A stretch of 62,926 nucleotides of DNA from a virus (lineage: Duplodnaviria; Caudoviricetes), in IMG/VR virus record IMGVR_UViG_3300045008_000062, positions 1 through 62,926 of that record, one strand, 5' to 3'. Shown here piece after piece: positions 28,206 through 36,496 of this stretch; position 1 is the first letter of the stretch, and every line of letters starts with the position of its first letter. Position numbers and translations under genes: made by a program. The notes beneath the pieces are model-generated. The model was not told where the DNA came from. It searched no databases and worked only from the letters and a program-made list of their open reading frames with translations.

Positions 28206-29914
28206 CCGCCTCAGTCCGTTACCCGTCCGGGAAGGCCACCCCGCACGCGGCGTTCCATTTCCTCGCCGGAACCCATCCGCGGGTGAAGTTGAAATCCCCT
28301 GACGGGTCGGTGGAGATCGAACTGATGGGTGGGGGTGCGATCCCGGACAGGATCTCCGCACCGGAGTGCGTGCGTATCAACGGACCCATCAAGGGTTTGA
28401 TCGCGCCGTGGAAGTTCATCGACCAGCAGGGCGCTAACGAGGACGGGGCCACGTACATCGATTCGGTGTATGAGCCTGCCACGGTGGAGATACCGGTCAG
28501 GATCACTGCTAGGGATGGGAAGCATCTTCGGCAGGTGGTGGATCATCTGTTCGGGTGTCTGTCGAAAGAACGCACCTCCCAACTGTCGTGGTTCACGTTC
28601 GAGCGCGGGTTCTGGTGGGCTGACGTGCGGTGGGCCGACAAGCCTCCCGGCGGGTTGAATCTGGGCGGGCAGCGCCGAACCCTCGAAACCACCCTTGTTC
28701 TTCGGTCGGATCGTGGGGCGTGGAGAACCTACGACGACGTCGCCGAGTTCGCGTTCGCCCACGAATCTTTGGTTGACACGTTCGACACCGACTATGTGGA
28801 AGAAGGACATATCGGCCCGGACTGGTCCGTGTACCTCCCCAACCCCGGTCGGGGGTACCCGTACACCAGTGGCGGTTCGGTGCGGTGGCGCGACGACCCG
28901 GACAAGTTCCTGTTCACCGAGGGTTCTTCGTATGTGGCGACGCATAAAACGTTCACCACGGAGACGAACAACCAGGTCAACGAAATCGTGTTGGACACGA
29001 TGCTGGAGCTTGGTGGGCGGACCCTGATTTTGGGCAGGTATGGGCGCCGCACGGATGGGTCGTGGAACGGTTACGGGGTTGGGGCGTGGCTGCGCGGCTC
29101 CTCGGTGCAGTTGGTGGCGTTCAACAACTTCCACGAAACCGAGATCCGCACGTGGTTCAACATTGTGCCCCCGATCTTCGGTGAGAAGTGGCGTTTGGAG
29201 TGCGGCGGACTCGACGGCAACGGCGTGTTCGATGAGCGGGTGTTCCGCGTGAAGCGCGGCGACGGCTCAGGGTTGACGTCTTTATACGCGAAGGACGAAG
29301 CGGGGGTTTCCCCGCTCGGTGCTGCGTTCCGGGGCGCTGGTGGGTTCGGCGGGTATGCGGCCGGGGCTCTTGTCACTCAGGGTTCCCCGGCGGACATCCG
29401 GAAAGTATCTGCCGGTGATTCGAGTGAGACGACGCAGTCAGGGTTTCTGCGGCGCATCAACATCGGCGACATCGATCGGTGGGATGAGTACACCCTTGTG
29501 GGGCCGGGAACGTTTCAGATCGCCGCCGCCCCCGGATCAACGGACATTGTGGAGTTCGGGCCACTGTTGCCGAACCAGGTGGTTCAGTTGCGGACAAGCA
29601 ACCTCCGGCAGGCCGTCGTTGATTTGACCCGCGTCCCCGCTACCGCAGACGAGTTGGCGGAGTACAAGGACGTGCTTAAGCAGCTCGAATCGTTCGGCCC
29701 GGTCGCGTTGGAGGCCAACGCCAGTGCTTACGGGGTGATCCCACCGCAGTCGAACATGCACCGGCTGAAGAGTGGTTCATTCACCCGACCAGTCCCGGCG
29801 AAGTCCCCTGGCAGGCAGGCGGAGCCGGTCAAGGTTGCGGTGTCCATCACCGGAGGTAATGCCGACTCCCTGATCAGGGCAAGCGGAACGTCCTTAAGGC
29901 GTTATCCAAATTGA
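28202..29914 (+). CDS. Minor tail protein (distal tail-like)
   Basis: First gene after tape measure; 'QQGANEDGATY'. Confidence 0.8.
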   Translation: MTASVRYPSGKATPHAAFHFLAGTHPRVKLKSPDGSVEIELMGGGAIPDRISAPECVRINGPIKGLIAPWKFIDQQGANEDGATYIDSVYEPATVEIPVRITARDGKHLRQVVDHLFGCLSKERTSQLSWFTFERGFWWADVRWADKPPGGLNLGGQRRTLETTLVLRSDRGAWRTYDDVAEFAFAHESLVDTFDTDYVEEGHIGPDWSVYLPNPGRGYPYTSGGSVRWRDDPDKFLFTEGSSYVATHKTFTTETNNQVNEIVLDTMLELGGRTLILGRYGRRTDGSWNGYGVGAWLRGSSVQLVAFNNFHETEIRTWFNIVPPIFGEKWRLECGGLDGNGVFDERVFRVKRGDGSGLTSLYAKDEAGVSPLGAAFRGAGGFGGYAAGALVTQGSPADIRKVSAGDSSETTQSGFLRRINIGDIDRWDEYTLVGPGTFQIAAAPGSTDIVEFGPLLPNQVVQLRTSNLRQAVVDLTRVPATADELAEYKDVLKQLESFGPVALEANASAYGVIPPQSNMHRLKSGSFTRPVPAKSPGRQAEPVKVAVSITGGNADSLIRASGTSLRRYPN

Positions 29915-32076
29915 CTGCGACGTTTGACCACCCGAATCTCCAGTTCTGGACTAAGGAACTCGATTCGGGGGTTCCCTGGCGCGCAGCGGAGGCCGCGAAG
30001 AACATCGCGGACGCGTTCTCCTCATCGAACACTGACGTCAAAGTGACGGTGTGTGACGCGTTCTGGAATGAGATCGGCCCGGCCGGGAACTACATCGAAG
30101 TCTCCGGCACCATCCCGAGAAACGCAGCCCCGCAGGCGACGTTGAAGCTTCCGGAAAACCATTGGCTGGACCCGTACCTGTCGCAGTGTGAGAACACGAT
30201 GGTCGGCGTCATCATCGAGACCGACGGTATCTCCGAAGCGTTCTATGTGAAGCGGCATCGGGAGAAGCTGGACGAGGACGGAAAGGTCACTCTCACAAGC
30301 GAACTCGTCGGCATCTGGGATATTTTGAATTACCTCCCGATCTGGCCGTCGTGGTATTTACCCATCGCCACCCAGCCATTTAGCCACGCCATCTACTTTT
30401 CGCCCCTGTGCTCGGTGATCGAGGCGATGGCCGCGCAACAGTCGTTCCGCATCCAATCCGGCCTGAATGAGTTCCTGAACAACATCACGGGGCTCAACCC
30501 TGATGTGCGGGCGTGGGTCGGCACGATGTTGCAGGCCATCAAGAACGACGCGCAAACCGGGTCAGTCCTGAAGACCCCTTTGTATGTGGTTCGCACTGGG
30601 GTGTTCGGTGATTCGTCGCCGTTGTTCTGCCGCACCGTGAGGATGGAGACGGTCGGTCAGGTCATCGCCGACATCACCAAAGCGTACGGCGTGGACGTCC
30701 GGGTGTATCTGTGGCGGCCGGGGATGGAGCAGCCGGACAAGTACTCCAACCTCACCCATCCCACATATGTGATGACGGTGAAAGACCGCTCACAGATTGA
30801 GGGTCCCACGAAAACCGCTTTGGACTCTGCTCTCAGGTTCCTGGTTGACACCCAAGGATCATTGTTGGGGAAGACCCTTGATCCGTTGTTGAACCCGAAC
30901 GGCGAGTACGCCCCTGAGGGGGTGTACATCGCGCCCGCGTTGGGTTTGGTGTTCGTCCCGCCGTATGCGCAGTTAGAAACCCCGGACACGATTGTTGCTG
31001 ACGGTGAAGTGATCCGATCCAAGTCGGCGTTGATGACGTACGAGATCGTCCGCTCAACACCGTTGGGGTGGCAGCACATCATCGGCGGGAAGTGCGTCTC
31101 CGGTGAGACATTGGTGCACACCAAAGATGGGCTAGTTGAGGCACGGTCACTCGTCGGCCGGGAAGTGATGACCCTGTCCGCTGGCGGGGTGTACCGACCG
31201 GCAGTGTGGAAGACCTACGGCGAACAACAACTCTTCAAGGTGACGTTCGACAACGGCGATCACATCTTCGCTACCGATACGCACGAGTGGGTTGCGGTCG
31301 GGCACGAAAACCGGGTGATCACCCTCGACTTGGTGGGGAAGCGCATCCCACGTGTCGCCCACGCCGACCATTACGGCGAAGCCGACTACCTGGCCTCAGC
31401 GGATGAATCCTCCGAGGTTGTCAGCGTGGAGGTCACTGACCGCTTTGAGACGGTGTACTGCTGCGAGGAGCCAGTCACCAACACCTGGGTAGCGGGCGAC
31501 GGGTACCTGACTTCTAACTCACCGAAGTGGCTTAACGATTTGTTGAACGCTTTCTATTCGTTCGTCATTGATGCGGCGCAGATTATTTTGGGGTTTACGG
31601 GGGTTCCCTCCAATTTGTTGGATGGGTTCCTGAATGATGCCTTCTTCGCATTCCAGCTAATCCAGCATTATTCACGCCGCGATGATGTTGGCCCGTATCA
31701 CCCTGCTATAGAGGTCTTTACACCCACGAACTCGAGCCCATACAACATCGAGGCCCTGTTCCAGCTAATCCAGGTTTTGTGGGACTCCAGAGGTTATACG
31801 ACGGCTGTGGCAACGTTCCGCGGCCAAAACGGACCGTTCAAATTGGGGCGGGATATCTTCCCCGGAGCATTGATGAGTTTGGTGTATGCGTCCCGGACAA
31901 AGGTTTTCACCGACCACATCGAGTTGGTCAGTTTCAAGTCCAACCGTACGTCTCGGGAGTTGACGGTGCAGATCGGTGATGGAAAGCCGATTCAGCATCC
32001 GATTGTCGAACTGAAACGAAACGTCAGCGAGGTCATCGCAGCGGTGAATATCGCAACCTTGGCTCCGAGCTCCTAG
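29911..32076 (+). CDS. Minor tail protein (Gp37-like hub) containing an intein
   Basis: Conserved 'GGK|SPKWLND' motif interrupted by an intein. Confidence 0.85.
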   Translation: MTATFDHPNLQFWTKELDSGVPWRAAEAAKNIADAFSSSNTDVKVTVCDAFWNEIGPAGNYIEVSGTIPRNAAPQATLKLPENHWLDPYLSQCENTMVGVIIETDGISEAFYVKRHREKLDEDGKVTLTSELVGIWDILNYLPIWPSWYLPIATQPFSHAIYFSPLCSVIEAMAAQQSFRIQSGLNEFLNNITGLNPDVRAWVGTMLQAIKNDAQTGSVLKTPLYVVRTGVFGDSSPLFCRTVRMETVGQVIADITKAYGVDVRVYLWRPGMEQPDKYSNLTHPTYVMTVKDRSQIEGPTKTALDSALRFLVDTQGSLLGKTLDPLLNPNGEYAPEGVYIAPALGLVFVPPYAQLETPDTIVADGEVIRSKSALMTYEIVRSTPLGWQHIIGGKCVSGETLVHTKDGLVEARSLVGREVMTLSAGGVYRPAVWKTYGEQQLFKVTFDNGDHIFATDTHEWVAVGHENRVITLDLVGKRIPRVAHADHYGEADYLASADESSEVVSVEVTDRFETVYCCEEPVTNTWVAGDGYLTSNSPKWLNDLLNAFYSFVIDAAQIILGFTGVPSNLLDGFLNDAFFAFQLIQHYSRRDDVGPYHPAIEVFTPTNSSPYNIEALFQLIQVLWDSRGYTTAVATFRGQNGPFKLGRDIFPGALMSLVYASRTKVFTDHIELVSFKSNRTSRELTVQIGDGKPIQHPIVELKRNVSEVIAAVNIATLAPSS
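31093..31518 (+). mobile_element. Mini-intein (142 aa, no homing endonuclease)
   Basis: Block A CVSGETLVHTKDG, block B ATDTHEW, block F VYCCEEP..NTWV, block G DGYLTSN, +1 Ser. Confidence 0.92.
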
Positions 32077-32084
32077 GAGAATCC

Positions 32085-32960
32085 GTGTCTTTCAACACTG
32101 AGTGGCGCATGGTCGACAACTACAACGGCTACGGCGGCACGTGGTGCGTTTTGGGCATGTCGGAGATCGCTTTCCGGGTGGAGGATGACGGCACGATCTC
32201 CAACCTGTTCCTGGCTGCCGCGGCGCCGCAGGGCGGACTGCCGCGCGGGGTCAGTAACTATCCCGCGCTTCTTCGGGGGCCGAGGGGTTATGCGCCGTCG
32301 TTCGTCAAGGGCTCCAATATTGAGATCGCGCACGACGATCCGACGGAGACCGGGTTCGACATCAACCTGATCGCCGAAGAGACCGAAGTGTCGGGTCCGG
32401 TTTGGGAGTTGAACCTGATTCAGCGGGCGGGCGCTCCCGGTGGTGATGGTGAGGCGATCCTCGACCCCACCGATTACGGGACTCCGGCTTTTGGGCAGAA
32501 CCTCACCGTCGCCGCTGGTGCAACGACTTTCGAGCTGACCTACCCGAAGGTGGGTGGGTTGCATCTGCCGACGTCGATCTCCTCGGCCCCGGACGGTTCG
32601 ACTGCTGAGGTGACGATGGCCGTGGTTGATATCGCGGCTGGTGTGTACAACTTCGACTGGACACCATCGTTGCGGGGGAACGCGGTGTGCATCGGGTCGA
32701 CGTCGGATGTGCAGGTCGATCTGATCGTCCGCCGCGATGATGAGACAGGCGGCAACATCATCGGTAGGGGTGCGGGGATTTCGGGGCAGAAGTATCAGCA
32801 GCCCAACCTGGTCTCGAAGGTGGAGTCCGGCACGAACGTGGTGAATGCCGGCGAGGCGTGCACCTTGTATTTCCGGACGAAGAAGATGGGCGGCTCGGCG
32901 ACGTACGGGGCGGCGGCCTCCACTGCAGCGTTTGAGATGTTGGTGGTCCCCGTACCGTGA
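32085..32960 (+). CDS. Minor tail protein
   Basis: AGGAG RBS; tail operon. Confidence 0.75.
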   Translation: MSFNTEWRMVDNYNGYGGTWCVLGMSEIAFRVEDDGTISNLFLAAAAPQGGLPRGVSNYPALLRGPRGYAPSFVKGSNIEIAHDDPTETGFDINLIAEETEVSGPVWELNLIQRAGAPGGDGEAILDPTDYGTPAFGQNLTVAAGATTFELTYPKVGGLHLPTSISSAPDGSTAEVTMAVVDIAAGVYNFDWTPSLRGNAVCIGSTSDVQVDLIVRRDDETGGNIIGRGAGISGQKYQQPNLVSKVESGTNVVNAGEACTLYFRTKKMGGSATYGAAASTAAFEMLVVPVP

Positions 32961-33949
32961 CCTCGCCTGAGCCGTGGGAAGTTCTGTTCGAGGCTGTCCA
33001 GGGTCGCGTTCCCGGCAGCACGAAGCAGCAGCCGACCAAAGAAGACTTCGACGAACTCGGCCGCAAAACAAAATTCGCGCAGCGCCGGTACGCGGCCGAT
33101 GTTGCAATGACCTCAGGGTTCGTTGACACGGGAGACAACGACCCACTCGACTGGCTGACCAACTTGTTCACCGGTATCGAGAACTCGATCACCGCGAACA
33201 CCGAAGCTATCGCGAACCTGGAAACCATAGCCGCCGCAACAAATGTGACCGCGGCGTGGGTGTCCGACCTTGAAGACATGGCCACTATCCCGAGGGCGCT
33301 GGTGAAAACCGATGCTCTGACGGGAAACAGTTCGGCCCCGAAGTTCCGCGACGTCCTCGACTACGACTCCGTGTCCTCCAGCGGCACGTCTGAATACCGG
33401 CTGCATCGAGGGGTGTGCCCAACGATCCGCCCCGAGAAGGTGACCGGGGCTTCCGAGGGGCACATCTACTACACCCCGATCATCGTTGACCGTCACGGCA
33501 CAGTGGACCGGATGCGCTGGATTGTCGGCGCTGACACGTCGCTGTTCTCGATCAACTACTACGAGATGGCGTTGTGCGTCTACAACCCTGCCAACGGGAA
33601 CGTGGAGAAGGTGTGGGGGTCCGGCGACATCAAGGACGGCGCCTCGGACACCACCACTCTCGATGAGGTGTATGTGTCGATGGGCATCTACCAGGAATGC
33701 ACTCCGGGCCAGATTTTGTTTGTGGCGCATCAGCAGACCGCGCCGAGCGCGTTGCAGGTGACCCGTAGGTTCGCCGCTGTCGACCAGTTGAACAGGGCCA
33801 GGAATGTGCCGCTGCTGGACGCGGCCTGCTATGTCGCCGAGGACTATTCGCAGGGCATCCCGTCGAGTATCAGTTTCGCGTCGTTGACCCGGGAGAACCG
33901 GTTCCTGCCGTTCGGTGCGATATCGGTGAACGCTCTGGAGGGGTCGTGA
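32957..33949 (+). CDS. Minor tail protein
   Basis: GTGA overlap; tail operon. Confidence 0.75.
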   Translation: MTSPEPWEVLFEAVQGRVPGSTKQQPTKEDFDELGRKTKFAQRRYAADVAMTSGFVDTGDNDPLDWLTNLFTGIENSITANTEAIANLETIAAATNVTAAWVSDLEDMATIPRALVKTDALTGNSSAPKFRDVLDYDSVSSSGTSEYRLHRGVCPTIRPEKVTGASEGHIYYTPIIVDRHGTVDRMRWIVGADTSLFSINYYEMALCVYNPANGNVEKVWGSGDIKDGASDTTTLDEVYVSMGIYQECTPGQILFVAHQQTAPSALQVTRRFAAVDQLNRARNVPLLDAACYVAEDYSQGIPSSISFASLTRENRFLPFGAISVNALEGS

Positions 33950-34155
33950 TGACTCCGGAGGAGATCGGCTTGCTCGCTGACACTCCTGGCTATTGGTGGC
34001 GCGACTCTAACGGTGATTGTTACGCCACCGCAGAGTTCGATGAGCAGTCCCCTGACACCTACCTGATGTATGCGTCGCCTGCTTGGTGTGCGCAGTGGGG
34101 TGGGGATTGGGAAGCCGCCGCCGCTGCTTTGGCTGAGATCGCCGCTCAAACCTAA
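33946..34155 (+). CDS. Hypothetical tail-region protein
   Basis: GTGA overlap. Confidence 0.6.
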   Translation: MMTPEEIGLLADTPGYWWRDSNGDCYATAEFDEQSPDTYLMYASPAWCAQWGGDWEAAAAALAEIAAQT

Positions 34156-34169
34156 ACGAGAGGACCGTC

Positions 34170-34547
34170 ATGGGTATTGGACCTGCCCCGGCAACTGTGA
34201 ACGAGTGGGTGGATTTGACGTTCGTGAACCGGCCGGTGTGGCTGCAACTCCACACCGGTGATCCGGGGACGAATGGGGCGTCGAACCTCGCGGATGTGGA
34301 TGGCCGGCAGTTGGTGATGTTCACCCGGACCTCTACGGGCGTTGTGCAGCCTACGGGTGATCCGGCCGTGTTCGTGGTCGACGTCGCTGCTTCTGACACG
34401 AACATCACTCACGGGTCTTTGCACACCGAGGCTGAGGGTGGGACGTGGGTGTGGAATCTGGTGGCGGTGTCGCCGACTGCGGTGGTGGGGGGCGATGAGG
34501 TGAAGGCCGGGTCGATGGAGTTCCGCATTCCGGGGTGGACTGCCTGA
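34170..34547 (+). CDS. Minor tail protein
   Basis: 'WLQLHTGDPGTNGASN' motif. Confidence 0.75.
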   Translation: MGIGPAPATVNEWVDLTFVNRPVWLQLHTGDPGTNGASNLADVDGRQLVMFTRTSTGVVQPTGDPAVFVVDVAASDTNITHGSLHTEAEGGTWVWNLVAVSPTAVVGGDEVKAGSMEFRIPGWTA

Positions 34548-35683
34548 TGGCTGTCGGTAGGGCGGGGGTCGGGTACACCTCCAAATATATTCTGGGTGGC
34601 TCCACTTCGGGGTCGGTGGAGTGCCCGGTGAATGTTTCTTCGGCGTCGGACACGTACGGTTTGGCGTTCTTCGGTTTGACCGGTGACACGGATATTTCCA
34701 CGTCGGGTGCTTTCACTGCGACGTGGGATTCGGTGGCGATGACCCCTGCGGGGGATCCGTTGTTCTTCGATGAACACACGGGTCATTACCATTCGGTGTT
34801 GGCGCCGTTCATCATTTCCGGCCCGACTTCGGGTGATGTGGCGGTGGCGTATTCGGGTATTGAGGGCGGCCTCATCACCAAGAACGTATTCCTCGCTGCG
34901 GTGGCGTTCTCCAGTGTCGAAGCCCTAGACCTCGATAGCATTGAGGATGCGGTGGTGACAGCCACCGGTTCCACTTCTGTGGCGACCAGCAGTGTGACTG
35001 TCCCGTCTGGGGTTCCGGCGGACCGGGTGATCTCGGCTCATCTGATCGGGCAGTTCCGGGCGTTCTCCGGTTTCAGCGGAACAAAACTCGCCGCACCCCT
35101 ACGTGCGGGTGGCGGGCAACTGTTGGTGGGGGAGTCGCGGGGGGCTACGTCTGTGGTTCCCACGGTGACGCATAATGCGTCGTCGGCGAATTGGGCGGCG
35201 TGGGGGTTGAACCTCGACGCCCTGCCTATCGAGTCGTTGGGGTTCGCCACCTCCACCCTCGTGATCCCTGCGGGGAGTTTCGGGGTGGACTTGTACCGGT
35301 GGGCTGAACCCCACCCCGACCGGGACTACATGGTCCCCAAGTCCGGTAGTGCGGATGCGACGGTGATCGCCGGCGCCACAGTCCGTTCCGCTAATGGTGT
35401 GTTGATGCCGGTGTGGGTGAAAGACCCCGACGACACCCTCGACTACACACTCCGGTGGAATAACCATCTCGCCCCCGATGATGAGATCGTCGCGGTGGAG
35501 CACACCCCCACAGGGTCGGTGCGGGTCATCTCTGAAGGCATCAACCCGGATAACACGGCGATGACGCAGGTGTGGATCAAGGGCGCTACGAGGGGTGTGA
35601 CGCACCCGATGCGCATCCGCTACTGGACTAAGAGGGGTCGGCAGCACGATTTCACGGTGTTCTTCGCCGGGGAAAACAATTGA
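34547..35683 (+). CDS. Minor tail protein
   Basis: TGATG overlap; C-terminal 'KDPDDTLDYTLRW' adaptor-like domain. Confidence 0.75.
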   Translation: MAVGRAGVGYTSKYILGGSTSGSVECPVNVSSASDTYGLAFFGLTGDTDISTSGAFTATWDSVAMTPAGDPLFFDEHTGHYHSVLAPFIISGPTSGDVAVAYSGIEGGLITKNVFLAAVAFSSVEALDLDSIEDAVVTATGSTSVATSSVTVPSGVPADRVISAHLIGQFRAFSGFSGTKLAAPLRAGGGQLLVGESRGATSVVPTVTHNASSANWAAWGLNLDALPIESLGFATSTLVIPAGSFGVDLYRWAEPHPDRDYMVPKSGSADATVIAGATVRSANGVLMPVWVKDPDDTLDYTLRWNNHLAPDDEIVAVEHTPTGSVRVISEGINPDNTAMTQVWIKGATRGVTHPMRIRYWTKRGRQHDFTVFFAGENN

Positions 35684-36486
35684 CCACCACCTTCTGCCTG
35701 GCAGGGTTTTCGGGGAAGCTGCTCGACAAGAACCACCTGGGTGGGGAACTGTTCAAAGGCCGGTTCACCCGTAGGGATATCCCGTATGACAATAGGTTTT
35801 TCGGGAACCTGAACTTCAACGACGGCCGCACGAAAGCCAAAGCCGCCCTGCTGGAGTCTAAGGGGAATGTGGTCGTGTTGGGGCAGTCGATGGGCGCCCG
35901 TATCGCCTGCTCACTCATGAACGACCCCGACGTGTTAGAGAAGTGCCCACCGTCGCGGTGTGTGTTCGTGCTGACGGGGAACCCGGATCGGCATTACGGG
36001 GGGGCGTCGAACGTCCCATATTCCGGGATCACTGAGGCGTACAGCGTCACCGGCATCCCCGACGCTGTGCAGTACCGGGTGTGGGATTGCGCTAACCAGT
36101 ACGGGATCGCGGAGGACTATCCCACGAATCGGAGCGTGAAAGCTGCGGTGGACAACGTGTCCTCCAAAGTGCACTCGGACTATACGGCGACGTTTATGGG
36201 TGACCCGAGGAACACGGTGTGGGTCGACCCCACAAACCCCAACGCAACCTACATTCTCTCCCCGACCTACCCGCTGCCCACCATTGAGGCGAAGTGGTAT
36301 TCGCTCCAACGCAAAGCGGACGAGGACGCGAAACTGCGCCCCCAAGTCGAAGCCGCCTACTCCCGCCCGTTCCCCGCCCCGGTGACAACGATCAACCGCA
36401 TGTGGTCCACCAACACCGGATACGACGCCACCCTACGACGGTTTGTCACCATGCCGAAACCCGCGCCGTGGGACCCATTCTCTTGA
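35680..36486 (+). CDS. PE-PPE-domain / cutinase-like serine hydrolase
   Basis: GQSMG nucleophile elbow, 'FVLTGNPDR..GG', 'QYG..EDYP', 'VHSDY'. Confidence 0.8.
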   Translation: MTTTFCLAGFSGKLLDKNHLGGELFKGRFTRRDIPYDNRFFGNLNFNDGRTKAKAALLESKGNVVVLGQSMGARIACSLMNDPDVLEKCPPSRCVFVLTGNPDRHYGGASNVPYSGITEAYSVTGIPDAVQYRVWDCANQYGIAEDYPTNRSVKAAVDNVSSKVHSDYTATFMGDPRNTVWVDPTNPNATYILSPTYPLPTIEAKWYSLQRKADEDAKLRPQVEAAYSRPFPAPVTTINRMWSTNTGYDATLRRFVTMPKPAPWDPFS

Positions 36487-36496
36487 GGAGGACCGA

